Positions 36,921-48,638 are shown, counted from the stretch's first letter. The stretch is DNA of 64,000 nt from Fibrobacteria bacterium (GCA_037447435.1 JBBIGR010000021.1:1-64000); one strand, 5' to 3'. A program made the numbers and translations. Notes: generated from the letters alone by a model not told the origin.

Positions 36921-38249
36921 TCATTCCTCACGATAAAAAACCGGGCAATTGGCCACAACGGTGAATTGCCCTCGTCCGGTTTTTTTTATGCGCACATCGT
37001 CACATTTTATATTCAGCAGGTTTTCTATTCTCTGTAATCTAAGCGAAACATTCTCGCGTACTTTTCCCCCGTCATGGGAAAATTCAATATTCGAAAATTC
37101 GTTTTTCCCATCATTTGCATATTGGGATATGATTTTTCTCAACATAAGCGCGGGCGCAAACCGGGCAAGCCGTTTATTATTGACAAACAATGTATCGTCT
37201 GATTTTCTGAAAACAAATATGGCCCGCTTACTTTCCGTTGCAATCAGCCGCAAATGGATGGCTTTTGCTTTTTCCCACGATTCATTCGCCGTATCCAGAC
37301 AATCGCTGATAAGCGGACTAATAAATTGTTCCGAGGGTTTTACGTTCGGCTTGTATTTAAGCCTTATAAAATAGAGCGGAGCACCGTATATACAGCCTTT
37401 ATGCAATACGGTCCTTTTCCGATAGGGACATACATAATCGTGCTCTATGTACACAACCGATACATCGGTATCGGGCAAGGTAATGCCCTCCGGTGAAAAT
37501 CCCTGTTCTTTACAAAACCCGGAAAACGACAGGCGTTTTCCAAATCGGATATCGCCAATAACTATGTCACTGTCTTTATAGGAATAGGATGAGTGAGTCA
37601 CGATATCCTCTACCCGGGCAACATCGGCCAACATTCTAACTTCATCGAATATCGGTAACCCGAAACGAAGCGGCCCAAGTTGCAGCGGCCGGGCAATAAA
37701 CAATCCCGCATCATACGGCGCATTTTTTATCGTAAACGTTTTTTCCAGGCTAAAAGCAAGTACCGTGCGGTTAAAACCGGCCTTATTTTCATGCAATACC
37801 GTACGGCAATATGAGGTGGGCACCGCTTTTTCAATGATAAAGGGTAAAAAGCTCCGCAAACTAAACGACCGGAAATCCTTTGCCGAAAACACCTTTTGTA
37901 GAATCGGCGCAATCGTTTTAAGGATTGACGAAACATTGACAATAGAGCCTTTGTTGAGACCGATCACGAATTTATCGACGAATTCGACAATCGATCCTTT
38001 AAGAGACAATATCAGCGGTTCGATGTCGTTGAACACTTTCGCAATATAGTCGAATTCAATGGTTTTGCTTTCATCCCAAATATGATGCAGCTGAGACTCG
38101 AACGTTAAAGGATTTCCGTTCACCACGATAGGGTGTTGCCTCCAGAATTCCGTTATTGTCTCGCACGGAAATTCCAATAGCGTTGTCGCATAAAACAATT
38201 TGAGGGTTTCATTGGGAACCATAATCCGTAGGCGGGCGTTTTTTTTCAC
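36921..38249 (-). CDS. Hypothetical protein, possible C-terminal winged-helix
   Basis: 442-aa ORF; C-terminal LMLRKII...EFSN.EF...LRLQRI...IKKTGRGQF. Confidence 0.55.
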   Translation of the reverse strand: MKKNARLRIMVPNETLKLFYATTLLEFPCETITEFWRQHPIVVNGNPLTFESQLHHIWDESKTIEFDYIAKVFNDIEPLILSLKGSIVEFVDKFVIGLNKGSIVNVSSILKTIAPILQKVFSAKDFRSFSLRSFLPFIIEKAVPTSYCRTVLHENKAGFNRTVLAFSLEKTFTIKNAPYDAGLFIARPLQLGPLRFGLPIFDEVRMLADVARVEDIVTHSSYSYKDSDIVIGDIRFGKRLSFSGFCKEQGFSPEGITLPDTDVSVVYIEHDYVCPYRKRTVLHKGCIYGAPLYFIRLKYKPNVKPSEQFISPLISDCLDTANESWEKAKAIHLRLIATESKRAIFVFRKSDDTLFVNNKRLARFAPALMLRKIISQYANDGKNEFSNIEFSHDGGKVRENVSLRLQRIENLLNIKCDDVRIKKTGRGQFTVVANCPVFYREE

Positions 38250-38381
38250 TGAACCCCTCGTTTATTCCGTTAAAGAAATCCGCAGGAACGTTATCAATTA
38301 AATATAAAATTCCCCTCATTGAAGTCAAGCAAATGGTATAATTTCCTCAAATCACGATCCCATACGATGTATTTTAATTGT

Positions 38382-40601
38382 ATGGATATGTTCGATGCAC
38401 GTCGTGAACACCTTATTGCGAAAAATGCGCCCCTTGCCGACCGGATGCGGCCGCGCACTCTGGACGAATTTGTCGGGCAGGATCATATCATCGGTCAAGG
38501 AAGATTGCTGCGCCGGGCAATTCAAATAGACCAGCTTTCCAGCGTGATTTTTTACGGACCTCCGGGCACGGGCAAAACAACGCTCGCCCGGATCATCGCG
38601 GCGACCACAAAAGCGCAATTTTTATCCATAAACGCCGTTCTGGCCGGTATAAAGGAAATTCGCGACTCTATAGACACTGCCAAAGAATGCCTTTCCCTAT
38701 ACGGGAAGCGCACGATCCTCTTTATCGACGAAGTACACCGATTCAACAAAGCGCAACAGGATGCGTTATTGCCCCATGTGGAAAACGGAATCCTTATTCT
38801 TATCGGTGCGACCACCGAAAACCCTTATTTCGAAGTCAACAAAGCTCTCGTCTCACGGTCGCGGATTTTCCAATTGAAAACCCTCAATCACGACGATCTC
38901 GTTACCATTGCAAAAATGACTCTTTCCGATAAAGAACGCGGATACGGCAATCTCAACGTTTCCATAGACGATGATGCGATCGACCATTTGGCTCAGGTTG
39001 CAAACGGCGATGCCCGCGGCATACTCAATGCAATCGAGCTTGCGGTAGAAACCACCGCTTCCGATGAAAGCGGACGCATTCATATCACCCGACGCATTGC
39101 CGAAGAGTCCATTCAGCAGAAAGCCGTTCTGTACGATAAAGACGGGGACGCCCATTACGATACGATATCCGCATTTATCAAATCAGTGCGCGGTTCCGAC
39201 CCGGATGCGGCATTATACTGGATGGCAAAAATGGTGTATGCGGGCGAAGACCCCCGCTTCATATTCCGGCGGATGCTTATTCTTGCTTGTGAAGATGTCG
39301 GCCTCGCCGATCCTCACGCATTGTCGGTTGTCATGGATGCGGCACGGGCGTTCGATTATGTGGGGATGCCCGAAGGACGCTATCATCTCGCCCACGCCTG
39401 CTTGTATTTGTCTACAGCGCCGAAAAGCAATTCCTCGATGGCCTTTTTCGACGCCCTGTCCCAGGTTTCTCAGGAAACCAAAGACGATGTTCCGAATCAT
39501 TTGGCCGATGCCTCGCGCGACAAAGAAGGATTCGGCCACGGCCAAGGGTATTTGTATCCGCATGCGTTCCGCGACCATTGGGTAGCCCAGCAATACTTGC
39601 CGACGTCGTTGCAGGGGAAGGTGTTTTATCAACCGTCGACGGTTGGATATGAAAATGAAATCAACCTTCGCGTCACCCGCTTTCGCGAGGCCATGGTCGA
39701 GGCCATGACCAATCGGCAGAATCAGGACGATATTTTCGGAGACGCGGAAAAAGGCACTTCGAAACAACAATGGATCGCCCGGACGCACAGCGACGAATCG
39801 CTTGGCCGGATCCGCGACGCCATATTTTCTCTTGCAAACATCCAGCGGGACGGCATGGTCCTCGACGTGCATTGCCGCACAGGCCTATTGACCTTTGAAG
39901 CAATGCGGCGAACGCCGCAAGGGAGCGTATGGGCCTGTGCCCATGACAATGCGGAATTCGAAACCGTGGAAAAAATGGCTGCCAATTACGACGCCCTTAT
40001 ACGGCCGCAAATCATTAAAACATCGAATGCCGGCTTCGATACCGATATCAAAAAGGCGGCCGGAAATAATGTCGCATTCGACATCATTCTCGGCCAAAGC
40101 GCAATGTCTTCGGAGCCTGACAAATTCGCATTTATATCGCGAGCATCCGAACTTTTAAGCAAAGACGGCTGTATGGTTTTTTCGGAACCCCTTCATTCTC
40201 AAGGTCAGAGGCTTTCCGAATTTTTGGACCTCGGTTCGCTCGGTTCCCCTATAGCCGAGGCGTTTCTTCGAGCCGAAAACACGCTTTTTTCGCAAACATC
40301 GGACCCGCTTGTCAATTGGTCGGCCGAGGATATAGAAAAACAATGTCGCGATACAGATCGGTTCAAATGCACGGTGCAGCGCATGGCATCGAACTGTAAA
40401 CGGCGCATTGGAAGCGAAACAGTGGATTTTTGGTTTAGACCGTCCGAAAGCGGCCACCGATTGTCGCTCGGGGCGCATTTACGGACCATTGTTTCCAAAA
40501 ACGAGGTCGAGCGTATAAGGCGCCACATCCACGCGAAAATTGACAATAAAGATCTGCAGTGGTCTACGGTCACGGTTTTTCTCAAAATCTCATTCGCTTG
40601 A
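38382..40601 (+). CDS. rarA: Replication-associated recombination protein RarA/MgsA with a C-terminal methyltransferase-like extension
   Basis: PLADRMRP, GPPGTGKTT, FIDEVHRFNKAQQD, GATTENP, SAFIKSVRGSDPDAA, YLYPH; extension contains VLDVHCRTGLL. Confidence 0.9.
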   Translation: MDMFDARREHLIAKNAPLADRMRPRTLDEFVGQDHIIGQGRLLRRAIQIDQLSSVIFYGPPGTGKTTLARIIAATTKAQFLSINAVLAGIKEIRDSIDTAKECLSLYGKRTILFIDEVHRFNKAQQDALLPHVENGILILIGATTENPYFEVNKALVSRSRIFQLKTLNHDDLVTIAKMTLSDKERGYGNLNVSIDDDAIDHLAQVANGDARGILNAIELAVETTASDESGRIHITRRIAEESIQQKAVLYDKDGDAHYDTISAFIKSVRGSDPDAALYWMAKMVYAGEDPRFIFRRMLILACEDVGLADPHALSVVMDAARAFDYVGMPEGRYHLAHACLYLSTAPKSNSSMAFFDALSQVSQETKDDVPNHLADASRDKEGFGHGQGYLYPHAFRDHWVAQQYLPTSLQGKVFYQPSTVGYENEINLRVTRFREAMVEAMTNRQNQDDIFGDAEKGTSKQQWIARTHSDESLGRIRDAIFSLANIQRDGMVLDVHCRTGLLTFEAMRRTPQGSVWACAHDNAEFETVEKMAANYDALIRPQIIKTSNAGFDTDIKKAAGNNVAFDIILGQSAMSSEPDKFAFISRASELLSKDGCMVFSEPLHSQGQRLSEFLDLGSLGSPIAEAFLRAENTLFSQTSDPLVNWSAEDIEKQCRDTDRFKCTVQRMASNCKRRIGSETVDFWFRPSESGHRLSLGAHLRTIVSKNEVERIRRHIHAKIDNKDLQWSTVTVFLKISFA

Positions 40602-40672
40602 TAATGCCCCTTTTCGGCCATTCGCCGCAAATGGTATATTATGTATAGTTCGTTCCGTACATTCGCCTTTTC

Positions 40673-41245
40673 GTGGAGATTCCCGTGACGCAAAGAGTCG
40701 TTCGCCAACCGTTCAAACATTTTTTCATTAAGAAATCAATCCAGTATAAAATCATCGCCGAAATAGTGTTCGTGGTTGCCTGTACCGCACTTTTAACAAC
40801 CGCGACACTCACCTTTATGTATAACTTGAAGGCAAAAAGCGGCACGTTTTATTACATGAGCAACGACACTAAGCAAGATCTCGAATTAAAAGGCGTTTTG
40901 GAATTGATTTTGCCCAGTGTCGTAGGCGCGCAGGTTTTTTCGATTCTCATCGGACTGGGCATTGGATTGTTTTCGTCGCGGAAAATAGCGGTCCCTATTT
41001 ACAAATTCGAAAAATGGGTGTTGCAACTTAAAAACGGCAATCTCAACACCAAAATTTCATTTAGGGAAAACGAAGAAATGAAAGACCTGACGCTGCACTG
41101 CAACGCGCTTGCGGAATATTATAAGAATGCATTTATGCAAATAGAAGAGAGCCTGAAAATTCTTGAAAAAGAACCCCATAACCTCGTTGCGACCGAACAA
41201 ATGCAAAAGCTCAGGGCAATGCTCGAAAAAATCAATTACCGCTGA
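40673..41245 (+). CDS. Two-TM HAMP-domain protein
   Basis: Two TMs, SRKIAVPIYKFE...GNL....RENEE HAMP pattern. Confidence 0.7.
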   Translation: MEIPVTQRVVRQPFKHFFIKKSIQYKIIAEIVFVVACTALLTTATLTFMYNLKAKSGTFYYMSNDTKQDLELKGVLELILPSVVGAQVFSILIGLGIGLFSSRKIAVPIYKFEKWVLQLKNGNLNTKISFRENEEMKDLTLHCNALAEYYKNAFMQIEESLKILEKEPHNLVATEQMQKLRAMLEKINYR

Positions 41246-42404
41246 ACAGGTCTTTGATCTTGTCGAATCCACCTTTTTCCTTTGATTCAAATGTCGCAAG
41301 TTTCTCGAATAATTCCTTTTCCTCTCGAGACAACCGCTCGGGAGTATGAACCACGACCCGCACCAGTTGATCGCCGTGTTCCGAGCTGTTAAGTACCGGC
41401 AGCCCTTTGCCGCGCAGGCGGAAGATTTTTTCCGATTGCGTCCCCGCGGGAATCTTCAGGCTTACCTTGCCGTCGAGGGTCGGGATGGTCTTAGATGCGC
41501 CGAGAGCGGCTTCCGAAAAGGAAATATCTATTGAGCAAACCACGTCGATGCCGTGGCGTTCGAAGAATTTGTCTTTTTCTTCCTGGATTATCACGATAAG
41601 ATCGCCGGCAGGACCGTTGTTCTGGCCGATATCGCCTTTTCCACCCACTGAAATGTAATTACCTTCGCTCACACCGGCAGGAATATCAACGGTCACGGTG
41701 GATTCGACGGTTTGCCTTCCGCTTCCGGAACATTTGGAACACGGATCCGCAACGACCTGTCCTTCCCCGCGACATACGGGGCATATGGATTCCTGGACAA
41801 GCTGGCCGAAAAAAGAATTCGAAACATGCTGAACCCGTCCGGACCCGCCGCAATGCTGGCACGATCCGCGCTTACCGCTTTTGGAACCGGTACCTTTACA
41901 TTCGGTACAAGAATCTTTCCGTTTTACTTTAAGCGTTTTCGTTACGCCGGTGGAAATTTCCTGGATGGACAAAGTGAGACGCACTTGCAAATCGTTACCG
42001 CGCGACGCGCCGCCTCTGCGCGAAGAACCGCGCCGTCTGCCGCCGCCGCCCATGCCGAAAAGATCGGAGAAAAAAGAATCTCCTCCGAAATCGTTCATGA
42101 ATGCCCGTAACGCATCCGAAATGTCGAACCCTGCGCCTCCGAATCCGCCGCCGCCGCCAAATCCGCCTGCGCCGGGACCTTCGAACGCTGCAGTTCCGAA
42201 TTGATCGAATTGCGCACGCTTCTTAGGGTCTTTAAGGATTTCATACGCTTCCGTGGCTTCTTTAAAACTTTCCTCTGCCGATTTATCACCCGGGTTTTTG
42301 TCGGGGTGATATTTCATAGCAAGCTTGCGATACGCGCGTTTTATTTCATCGTCTGAGGCGCTTTTCGTAACTCCCAGGACTTCGTAGAAATCTCTTTTTG
42401 CCAT
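41232..42404 (-). CDS. dnaJ: Chaperone DnaJ
   Basis: HPD J-domain, G/F region, four CxxCxGxG repeats. Confidence 0.97.
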   Translation of the reverse strand: MAKRDFYEVLGVTKSASDDEIKRAYRKLAMKYHPDKNPGDKSAEESFKEATEAYEILKDPKKRAQFDQFGTAAFEGPGAGGFGGGGGFGGAGFDISDALRAFMNDFGGDSFFSDLFGMGGGGRRRGSSRRGGASRGNDLQVRLTLSIQEISTGVTKTLKVKRKDSCTECKGTGSKSGKRGSCQHCGGSGRVQHVSNSFFGQLVQESICPVCRGEGQVVADPCSKCSGSGRQTVESTVTVDIPAGVSEGNYISVGGKGDIGQNNGPAGDLIVIIQEEKDKFFERHGIDVVCSIDISFSEAALGASKTIPTLDGKVSLKIPAGTQSEKIFRLRGKGLPVLNSSEHGDQLVRVVVHTPERLSREEKELFEKLATFESKEKGGFDKIKDLFSGN

Positions 42405-42441
42405 GATATGTTTTCTATTTTTATTTTTTAATGTAATACGT

Positions 42442-42469
42442 GGAGGGGCACGTTGCAACGTGCCCCTCC
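42442..42469. repeat. Perfect 28-bp palindrome (REP-like)
   Basis: GGAGGGGCACGTTGCAACGTGCCCCTCC in the dnaK-dnaJ spacer. Confidence 0.8.
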
Positions 42470-42492
42470 GTCATTAGGCCGCTTGAAAAATA

Positions 42493-44439
42493 TTATTTGT
42501 CATCAACAACCGTGAAATCCGCATCGACCGGGCCGTCGCCTTTTTTGTCGCCTTTGTCATCGGCACCGGGCTGTGGGCCGCCTTGCGGACCAGCCTGGGG
42601 ACCGGCCTGACCGGCTGCCGCGCCGCCTTGCGGACCTGCGTTCTTATACATTTCCTCGGCCATTTTATGCGACGCCTTCATAAGCGCGTCCATGCTCGCC
42701 TTTATTGCCTCGATGTCGTCGCCTTTTGCCACTTTACGCAATTGGTCGACAGCAGACTGTATTTTCGTCTTCTCGTCGAGCGGGATCTTGTCTCCCACTT
42801 CGCCGAGCGTCTTTTCCGTTTGGTAAATTATCTGGTCGGCTTGATTCTTGACATCGATGCGTTCGCGTTCTTTTTTGTCTTTATCGGCATTGGATTCGGC
42901 CTCTTTGACCATTTTCTGGATTTCGGATTCCGACAGTCCGCTCGACGATTCGATGCGGATCTGCTGTTCTTTGCCGGTCCCCAAATCCTTTGCACTTACC
43001 TTGAGAATGCCGTTTGCGTCGATATCGAACGTCACTTCGATTTGCGGAATACCGCGCGGTGCGGCCGGAAGGCCGAGCAAATCGAATTTGCCGAGCAACC
43101 GGTTATGTGCCGCGAGTTCCCGTTCTCCCTGGTAAACCATAATCGACACCGCGGTCTGATTGTCGGACGCGGTGGAGAAAATCTGGCTCTTTTTGGTCGG
43201 TATCGTGGTATTGCGCTCGATGAGTTTCGTCATGACGCCGCCGAGAGTTTCGATGCCGAGAGAAAGCGGCGTGACATCCAACAACAGAATGTCTTTTACC
43301 GTTTCGTCGCCGCCGAGGATGGCACCTTGAATTGCGGCGCCAACTGCCACGACTTCGTCCGGGTTCACGCTCTTATTGGGCGCTTTGCCGAAAATTTCCT
43401 CGACTTTTTTCTGCACGGCGGGCGTTCTTGTCTGTCCGCCGACGAGAATGACCTCGTCGATGTCTTCTGGCTTTACTTTTGCGTCGAGCATCGCCTTGCG
43501 GCACGGCTCTACGGTACGGTCCACCAGCGCTTGCGTCAACTGGTCGAATTTCGCACGGGACAAGGTCATATCAAGATGTTTGGGACCGCTGGCGTCGGCA
43601 GTGATGAACGGAAGGTTGATGTTTGCCTGCATGGCAGACGACACTTCGCGTTTTGCCTTTTCGGCAGCTTCCTTGAGCCGTTGCAGCGCCATGCGGTCTT
43701 TCCGCAAATCGATCCCCTGTTGCTTTTGGAATTCTTCGGCAATCCAGTCCATAAGCACCTGGTCGAAATCGTCGCCGCCCAAATGAGTATCTCCGTTTGT
43801 GGAGCGGACCTCGAATACGCCTTCCCCTATATCAAGAATCGAAACGTCGAATGTTCCGCCGCCCAAATCGTACACTGCGATTGTCTCGTTCTTTTTCTTA
43901 TCCAAGCCGTATGCCAGGGAAGCCGCTGTCGGCTCATTGATGATGCGTTTGACGTCCAAACCGGCGATACGCCCGGCATCTTTGGTTGCCTGACGCTGCG
44001 AATCGTTGAAATACGCGGGAACGGTCACCACCGCTTCCGTGACTTCCTGACCAAGGTAATCCTCTGCGGATTTTTTCAAATATTGTAAAATCATGGCCGA
44101 AACTTCGGGCGGCGTGTAGTCTTTGCCGCCGGCTTCCACTTTTACAAGCTCGCTTGCCCCGCCGATGACTTTGTACGGCACGCGTTTTTCTTCACTTTCG
44201 ACTTCACTATGACGGCGCCCCATAAAACGCTTGATGGAATACACCGTGTTTTCCGGGTTGGTTATCGCCTGACGGCGTGCAATCGAGCCCACGAGTTTTT
44301 CACCTGTTTTTGTAAACCCGACCATAGACGGCGTCGTACGTTCGCCTTCCGCGTTCGGGATCACGACCGGTTTTCCGCCTTCCATGATTGCCACGCACGA
44401 AAATGTAGTGCCAAGATCAATACCGATTATTTTACCCAT
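42493..44439 (-). CDS. dnaK: Chaperone DnaK
   Basis: [34 protein letters not shown]. Confidence 0.98.
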   Translation of the reverse strand: MGKIIGIDLGTTFSCVAIMEGGKPVVIPNAEGERTTPSMVGFTKTGEKLVGSIARRQAITNPENTVYSIKRFMGRRHSEVESEEKRVPYKVIGGASELVKVEAGGKDYTPPEVSAMILQYLKKSAEDYLGQEVTEAVVTVPAYFNDSQRQATKDAGRIAGLDVKRIINEPTAASLAYGLDKKKNETIAVYDLGGGTFDVSILDIGEGVFEVRSTNGDTHLGGDDFDQVLMDWIAEEFQKQQGIDLRKDRMALQRLKEAAEKAKREVSSAMQANINLPFITADASGPKHLDMTLSRAKFDQLTQALVDRTVEPCRKAMLDAKVKPEDIDEVILVGGQTRTPAVQKKVEEIFGKAPNKSVNPDEVVAVGAAIQGAILGGDETVKDILLLDVTPLSLGIETLGGVMTKLIERNTTIPTKKSQIFSTASDNQTAVSIMVYQGERELAAHNRLLGKFDLLGLPAAPRGIPQIEVTFDIDANGILKVSAKDLGTGKEQQIRIESSSGLSESEIQKMVKEAESNADKDKKERERIDVKNQADQIIYQTEKTLGEVGDKIPLDEKTKIQSAVDQLRKVAKGDDIEAIKASMDALMKASHKMAEEMYKNAGPQGGAAAGQAGPQAGPQGGPQPGADDKGDKKGDGPVDADFTVVDDK

Positions 44440-44518
44440 AACTGCTCCTTCTGTTCGCCCCTTATGTATAGTTTCGTTTCTGTTTTGCGATTATTGACAT
44501 GTGCAACCAAGGCTTTGG

Positions 44519-45349
44519 TTATTTCGTATCTTCTTTTTTCGGACCGTCCGTCGAAACTTCTATGACGGTTTCGCTTGCCGAGGCATCCTGCGGTTCCTGC
44601 CCGACTTCAATTACCGCTTCGTCATCGGATAGCGGCGCATCGGGCACAGCCTCAACAGGCTTGCACTCGGCCGGTGCTTTGCCGCACGACACGATGACGC
44701 GCGAATGTTTGATGACCTTACCCTTTAGTTTATATCCTTTTTCAAGTACCTGCGCTATGTGCTCGTCTTTTACAGTGTCGTGGTTTGTTTTCATCATCGC
44801 ATCATGCAATTCCGGATTGAACTGCTGGCCCACTTCGCAATACACTTCCAATCCGTGTTTGTGAAGAACCGAATCAAGCTTGCTGAAAACAAGCTTCATG
44901 CCCTCGAAAAACGGCGCCAAATCGGCCCCTTCCTTATGCGATGCAAATGCCCGGTCGAATATCTCCCGTACGTCGATAATGTCTTTCATCAACTTTTCGC
45001 TCGCCTGCTCGATGAGCTGTTGATATTCCTTTGACGTGCGGCGCTTAAAGTTGTCGAATTCGGCCATAAGTCTCAGATATTTGTCGCCCGCGGCCGCAAC
45101 CTGGTTTTTCAGGTCTTCTATTTCTTTCTTCATCGCATCGGACTCCGCTTTCGCTATTTTGTCGGCCGGCATCGCTTCGGTCGTTTCATCTTGAATATGC
45201 ACGTTTTGTTCCTCTGCACCGGAAGCTGCTTTCAGATTGTCAAGATCAACCGCTTCGTCCGAGTCCGGCGTCGAACCGTTTTGCGAATTTTTCCCGTTTT
45301 GCGCATCATGCTTGTTCGAATGCGAATGACCGTGTTTGTGATTTTCCAT
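44519..45349 (-). CDS. grpE: Nucleotide exchange factor GrpE
   Basis: YLRLMAEFDNFKRR, FNPELHDA, KGYKL...VIKHSRVIV. Confidence 0.95.
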   Translation of the reverse strand: MENHKHGHSHSNKHDAQNGKNSQNGSTPDSDEAVDLDNLKAASGAEEQNVHIQDETTEAMPADKIAKAESDAMKKEIEDLKNQVAAAGDKYLRLMAEFDNFKRRTSKEYQQLIEQASEKLMKDIIDVREIFDRAFASHKEGADLAPFFEGMKLVFSKLDSVLHKHGLEVYCEVGQQFNPELHDAMMKTNHDTVKDEHIAQVLEKGYKLKGKVIKHSRVIVSCGKAPAECKPVEAVPDAPLSDDEAVIEVGQEPQDASASETVIEVSTDGPKKEDTK

Positions 45350-45365
45350 ATTTTTTCCTTATATT

Positions 45366-46406
45366 TTACTGACGTTCGTACATTTCACCTAAAAGCTTTG
45401 CCGTATAATCCACCGCGGAAACCATGAGCGGATAGGGCATCCGTTTCGGTCCGATAACGCCCAATGTACCCTCAAGATGTCCGACTTTATACTGTGTCTT
45501 TATAACGGAGAACGATTGCAATTGTCCGTCGGTGTTTTCCCCGCCGATGGAAATAATGACGCCGGTTTTATTGACCCTGTCTTTCTCGAACAGGTGCAAT
45601 AACAAGCTTTTTTCCTCAAGAATTTCGATAATGGCGCTGACCTCGTCTTTTGACGCGAAATCGGGCTGTAAAACGACATTGGTTTCACCTTCCGTATATA
45701 CGGTGTCGGCTTGTTCCGCTTCGATCATTTTTTTTATCGATGGTACAAAAAGCCGGACAATTCCCAATTCATACGGCTCCACGCTTTCAAAAGCAGAGTC
45801 TTCCTTTTTAAGCATATCGGAAAGTGTCAGGCCGTAAAACCGCTCATTTATCAATTGGCACGCCTGTTCCAGTCGTTGCGGCGAAATTTCGGTTTTCAGC
45901 TCCAAAACCATTGTCTTGACAAATCCGGAATCTATCGTGAGATGCAATAATACCCGCTGCGAATCGATCGGGTAAATGTGCACATGGCGAAAAACGCCGT
46001 GACTGAGTTTGGGAGCCAGAATAATTCCCATTTGATGGGTCGCCCGCGACAAGGCCTTTGTGGTCGCTTCCATCAATAAATGCAAATCCGAAGGCTCTAC
46101 GCGAACAAGCGTTTCTTTGATCTGGGTTTTGACTTCGCCGGGAAGCTCGGTAAGGGTCATCATGCGCTCGACATAATACCGGTATCCTTTGTCTGTCGGA
46201 ATGCGGCCTGCAGAAGTATGCGGCTGGGCAACAAATCCCCTGTCTTCCAAATCGCCCATGATGTTGCGTATCGTTGCGGGAGAAAAATCGAAATCAGGCT
46301 GCTTGGAGAGAAAACGGGAGCCGGTCGGCGACGCGGAGAGAATGTAATTTCTCACCACCGCTTCGAGCACGTGATGTTCGCGTTCAGATAATTTTTCTTC
46401 AATCAT
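45366..46406 (-). CDS. hrcA: Heat-inducible repressor HrcA
   Basis: SPATIRN.M.DLE, QPHTSAGRIPTDKGYR, GVIGPKRM. Confidence 0.95.
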   Translation of the reverse strand: MIEEKLSEREHHVLEAVVRNYILSASPTGSRFLSKQPDFDFSPATIRNIMGDLEDRGFVAQPHTSAGRIPTDKGYRYYVERMMTLTELPGEVKTQIKETLVRVEPSDLHLLMEATTKALSRATHQMGIILAPKLSHGVFRHVHIYPIDSQRVLLHLTIDSGFVKTMVLELKTEISPQRLEQACQLINERFYGLTLSDMLKKEDSAFESVEPYELGIVRLFVPSIKKMIEAEQADTVYTEGETNVVLQPDFASKDEVSAIIEILEEKSLLLHLFEKDRVNKTGVIISIGGENTDGQLQSFSVIKTQYKVGHLEGTLGVIGPKRMPYPLMVSAVDYTAKLLGEMYERQ

Positions 46407-46559
46407 ATTTTTAAAGAGTATAAGCCATGAAGAAAATCCCCATGGCATATTGTAAATCTACCCACACAACTGTTCCGTCCGGCCTTTGGGCCGGACGGAC
46501 AGTAAAAACGTCTACGACATTCCCCCCGAAGCCATGGCGACGGGGGGAAAAGCGCGGAT

Positions 46560-48221
46560 TTAGTACATGTCTCCCATTCCGCCCATGCCGCCCATTCCAC
46601 CCATTCCGCCGCCGCCCATTCCTGCAGGCGCAGCTTCTTTTTCATCTTTGGGTTTCTCGGTAACGATACATTCGGTTGTCAAGACAAGCCCGACGATCGA
46701 CGCTGCGTTTTCAAGCGCGGTGCGAGCGACCTTTGTGGGGTCGATGACGCCGGCTGCAAGCAGATCTTCGTATTTGCAGCTGAATGCGTTGAAACCGTAC
46801 GCGCCCTTATGGAGCTTCACTTCGTTTGCAACGACCGAAGGTTCCATTCCGGCATTCTGCACGATCCAGCGAAGCGGTTCTTCAACTGCTCTGCGAATGA
46901 TGTCGACGCCGATTTTTTCATCTCCGTCAACTTTGATCGAATCAAGCGCTGCAGCGGCGCGAACAAGTGCAACGCCACCGCCTGCGACAATACCTTCTTC
47001 AACGGCGGCGCGAGTCGCATGAAGAGCGTCCTCAACGCGAGCCTTCTTTTCCTTCATTTCGGTTTCGGTTGCTGCGCCGATGTTGATAACTGCAACACCG
47101 CCGGCCAGCTTGGCCAAACGTTCCTGAAGTTTTTCACGATCATAGTCCGACGTCGTATCTTCGATCTGTTTGCGGATCTGGCCGACGCGGCCTTTGATGT
47201 CGTCTTTTTTGCCGGCGCCTTCGATGATCGTCGTGTTTTCTTTGTCGATCGTTACGCGTTTGGCTTTTCCAAGTGCGTCAACGGTCGTATTTTCGAGTTT
47301 GAAGCCCGCTTCTTCGGAAATAAGGATTCCGCCGGTAAGCGTTGCGATGTCTTCGAGCATTGCTTTTCTGCGGTCGCCGAAGCCGGGGGCCTTGACAGCT
47401 GCAATTTTAAGCGTGCCGCGGAGCTTGTTTACAACGAGAGTCGCAAGTGCTTCGCCTTCGACTTCTTCGGCAATGATGAGAAGGGTTTTTCCCATTTGCG
47501 CTGTTTTTTCCAGCAAGGGAAGAAGGTCTTTCATCGCACTGATTTTCTTGTCGTGGATCAGGATAAGCGGTTCTTCAAGGATACATTCCATTGTGTCGGA
47601 ATTGGTCACAAAGTAAGGGGAAATGTAACCGCGGTCGAACTGCATACCTTCGACAACTTCAAGGTTCGTGTCAATGCTTTTTGCTTCTTCAATGGTAATA
47701 ACGCCGTCTTTGCCGACTTTTTCCATTGCGTCTGCGATAAGGTCGCCGATTTCCTGATCATTGTTAGCCGAAATGGACGCAACCTGGGAAATTTCTTTTT
47801 TACCGGCAATGGGCTTGGACTGTTTCTTGAGGTCTTCGACAATGACTTTTACCGCTTTGTCGATACCGCGCTTCACTGCCATGGCATTTGCGCCGGCAGT
47901 AACGGTCTTGATTCCCTGACGGGCAAGCGCCTGGGCAAGAACCGTTGCCGTTGTTGTTCCGTCACCGGCAACATCGGATGTTTTGGATGCTACTTCTTTG
48001 ACAAGCTGCGCACCCATGTTTTCGAATTTATCTTCAAGTTCGATTTCTTTTGCAACAGTCACGCCGTCTTTGGTGATAAGGGGCGAACCGAAGCTCTTGT
48101 CAAGAACCACGTTGCGGCCGCGGGGGCCGAGCGTGACTTTTACCGCATTGGCAAGAACATCGATACCTCTGAGAAGGCGCTCGCGGGCCGCCACGTCAAA
48201 TGCTAATTGCTTTGCTGCCAT
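46560..48221 (-). CDS. groL: Chaperonin GroEL
   Basis: [29 protein letters not shown] tail. Confidence 0.98.
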   Translation of the reverse strand: MAAKQLAFDVAARERLLRGIDVLANAVKVTLGPRGRNVVLDKSFGSPLITKDGVTVAKEIELEDKFENMGAQLVKEVASKTSDVAGDGTTTATVLAQALARQGIKTVTAGANAMAVKRGIDKAVKVIVEDLKKQSKPIAGKKEISQVASISANNDQEIGDLIADAMEKVGKDGVITIEEAKSIDTNLEVVEGMQFDRGYISPYFVTNSDTMECILEEPLILIHDKKISAMKDLLPLLEKTAQMGKTLLIIAEEVEGEALATLVVNKLRGTLKIAAVKAPGFGDRRKAMLEDIATLTGGILISEEAGFKLENTTVDALGKAKRVTIDKENTTIIEGAGKKDDIKGRVGQIRKQIEDTTSDYDREKLQERLAKLAGGVAVINIGAATETEMKEKKARVEDALHATRAAVEEGIVAGGGVALVRAAAALDSIKVDGDEKIGVDIIRRAVEEPLRWIVQNAGMEPSVVANEVKLHKGAYGFNAFSCKYEDLLAAGVIDPTKVARTALENAASIVGLVLTTECIVTEKPKDEKEAAPAGMGGGGMGGMGGMGGMGDMY

Positions 48222-48292
48222 AATGAAAAACTCCTGTTTTATAGATTGTTAAAAATGGTATTCATGTTCACGCGTTTACTCGATGTTTCTGT

Positions 48293-48577
48293 TTAGATAA
48301 CAGCGAGAATATCGCTTTCTTTAACAATGAGATATTCAATTCCGTCGACCGTTACTTCCGTACCGGAATACTTTCCGTACAGAACATTGTCGCCTTTTTT
48401 GATTTCCATGGCGATCTTCTGACCATTCTCAGCAACTTTGCCGGGACCAACTGCAATCACTTCGCCCTTCTGGGGTTTTTCTTTGGCATTGTCCGGAATA
48501 ATGATTCCGCCTTTTGTTTTTTGTTCTGCTTCGAGTGGCTTAACAAGAACGCGATCTGCTAAAGGCTTAACGTTCAT
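48293..48577 (-). CDS. groS: Co-chaperonin GroES
   Basis: [28 protein letters not shown]. Confidence 0.98.
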   Translation of the reverse strand: MNVKPLADRVLVKPLEAEQKTKGGIIIPDNAKEKPQKGEVIAVGPGKVAENGQKIAMEIKKGDNVLYGKYSGTEVTVDGIEYLIVKESDILAVI

Positions 48578-48638
48578 AACGACTCCTCCTTATAAAAATG
48601 TTTGTTGTGATACTATTACGTTTCTTGAAATCGTTTTA

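Noticed and set aside
42583..44088. 501-aa plus-strand ORF antisense to dnaK
   Set aside because: Long antisense frames on dnaK are a known by-product of codon bias; no independent motifs.
46809..48206. 465-aa plus-strand ORF antisense to groEL
   Set aside because: Shadow ORF of a highly biased gene.
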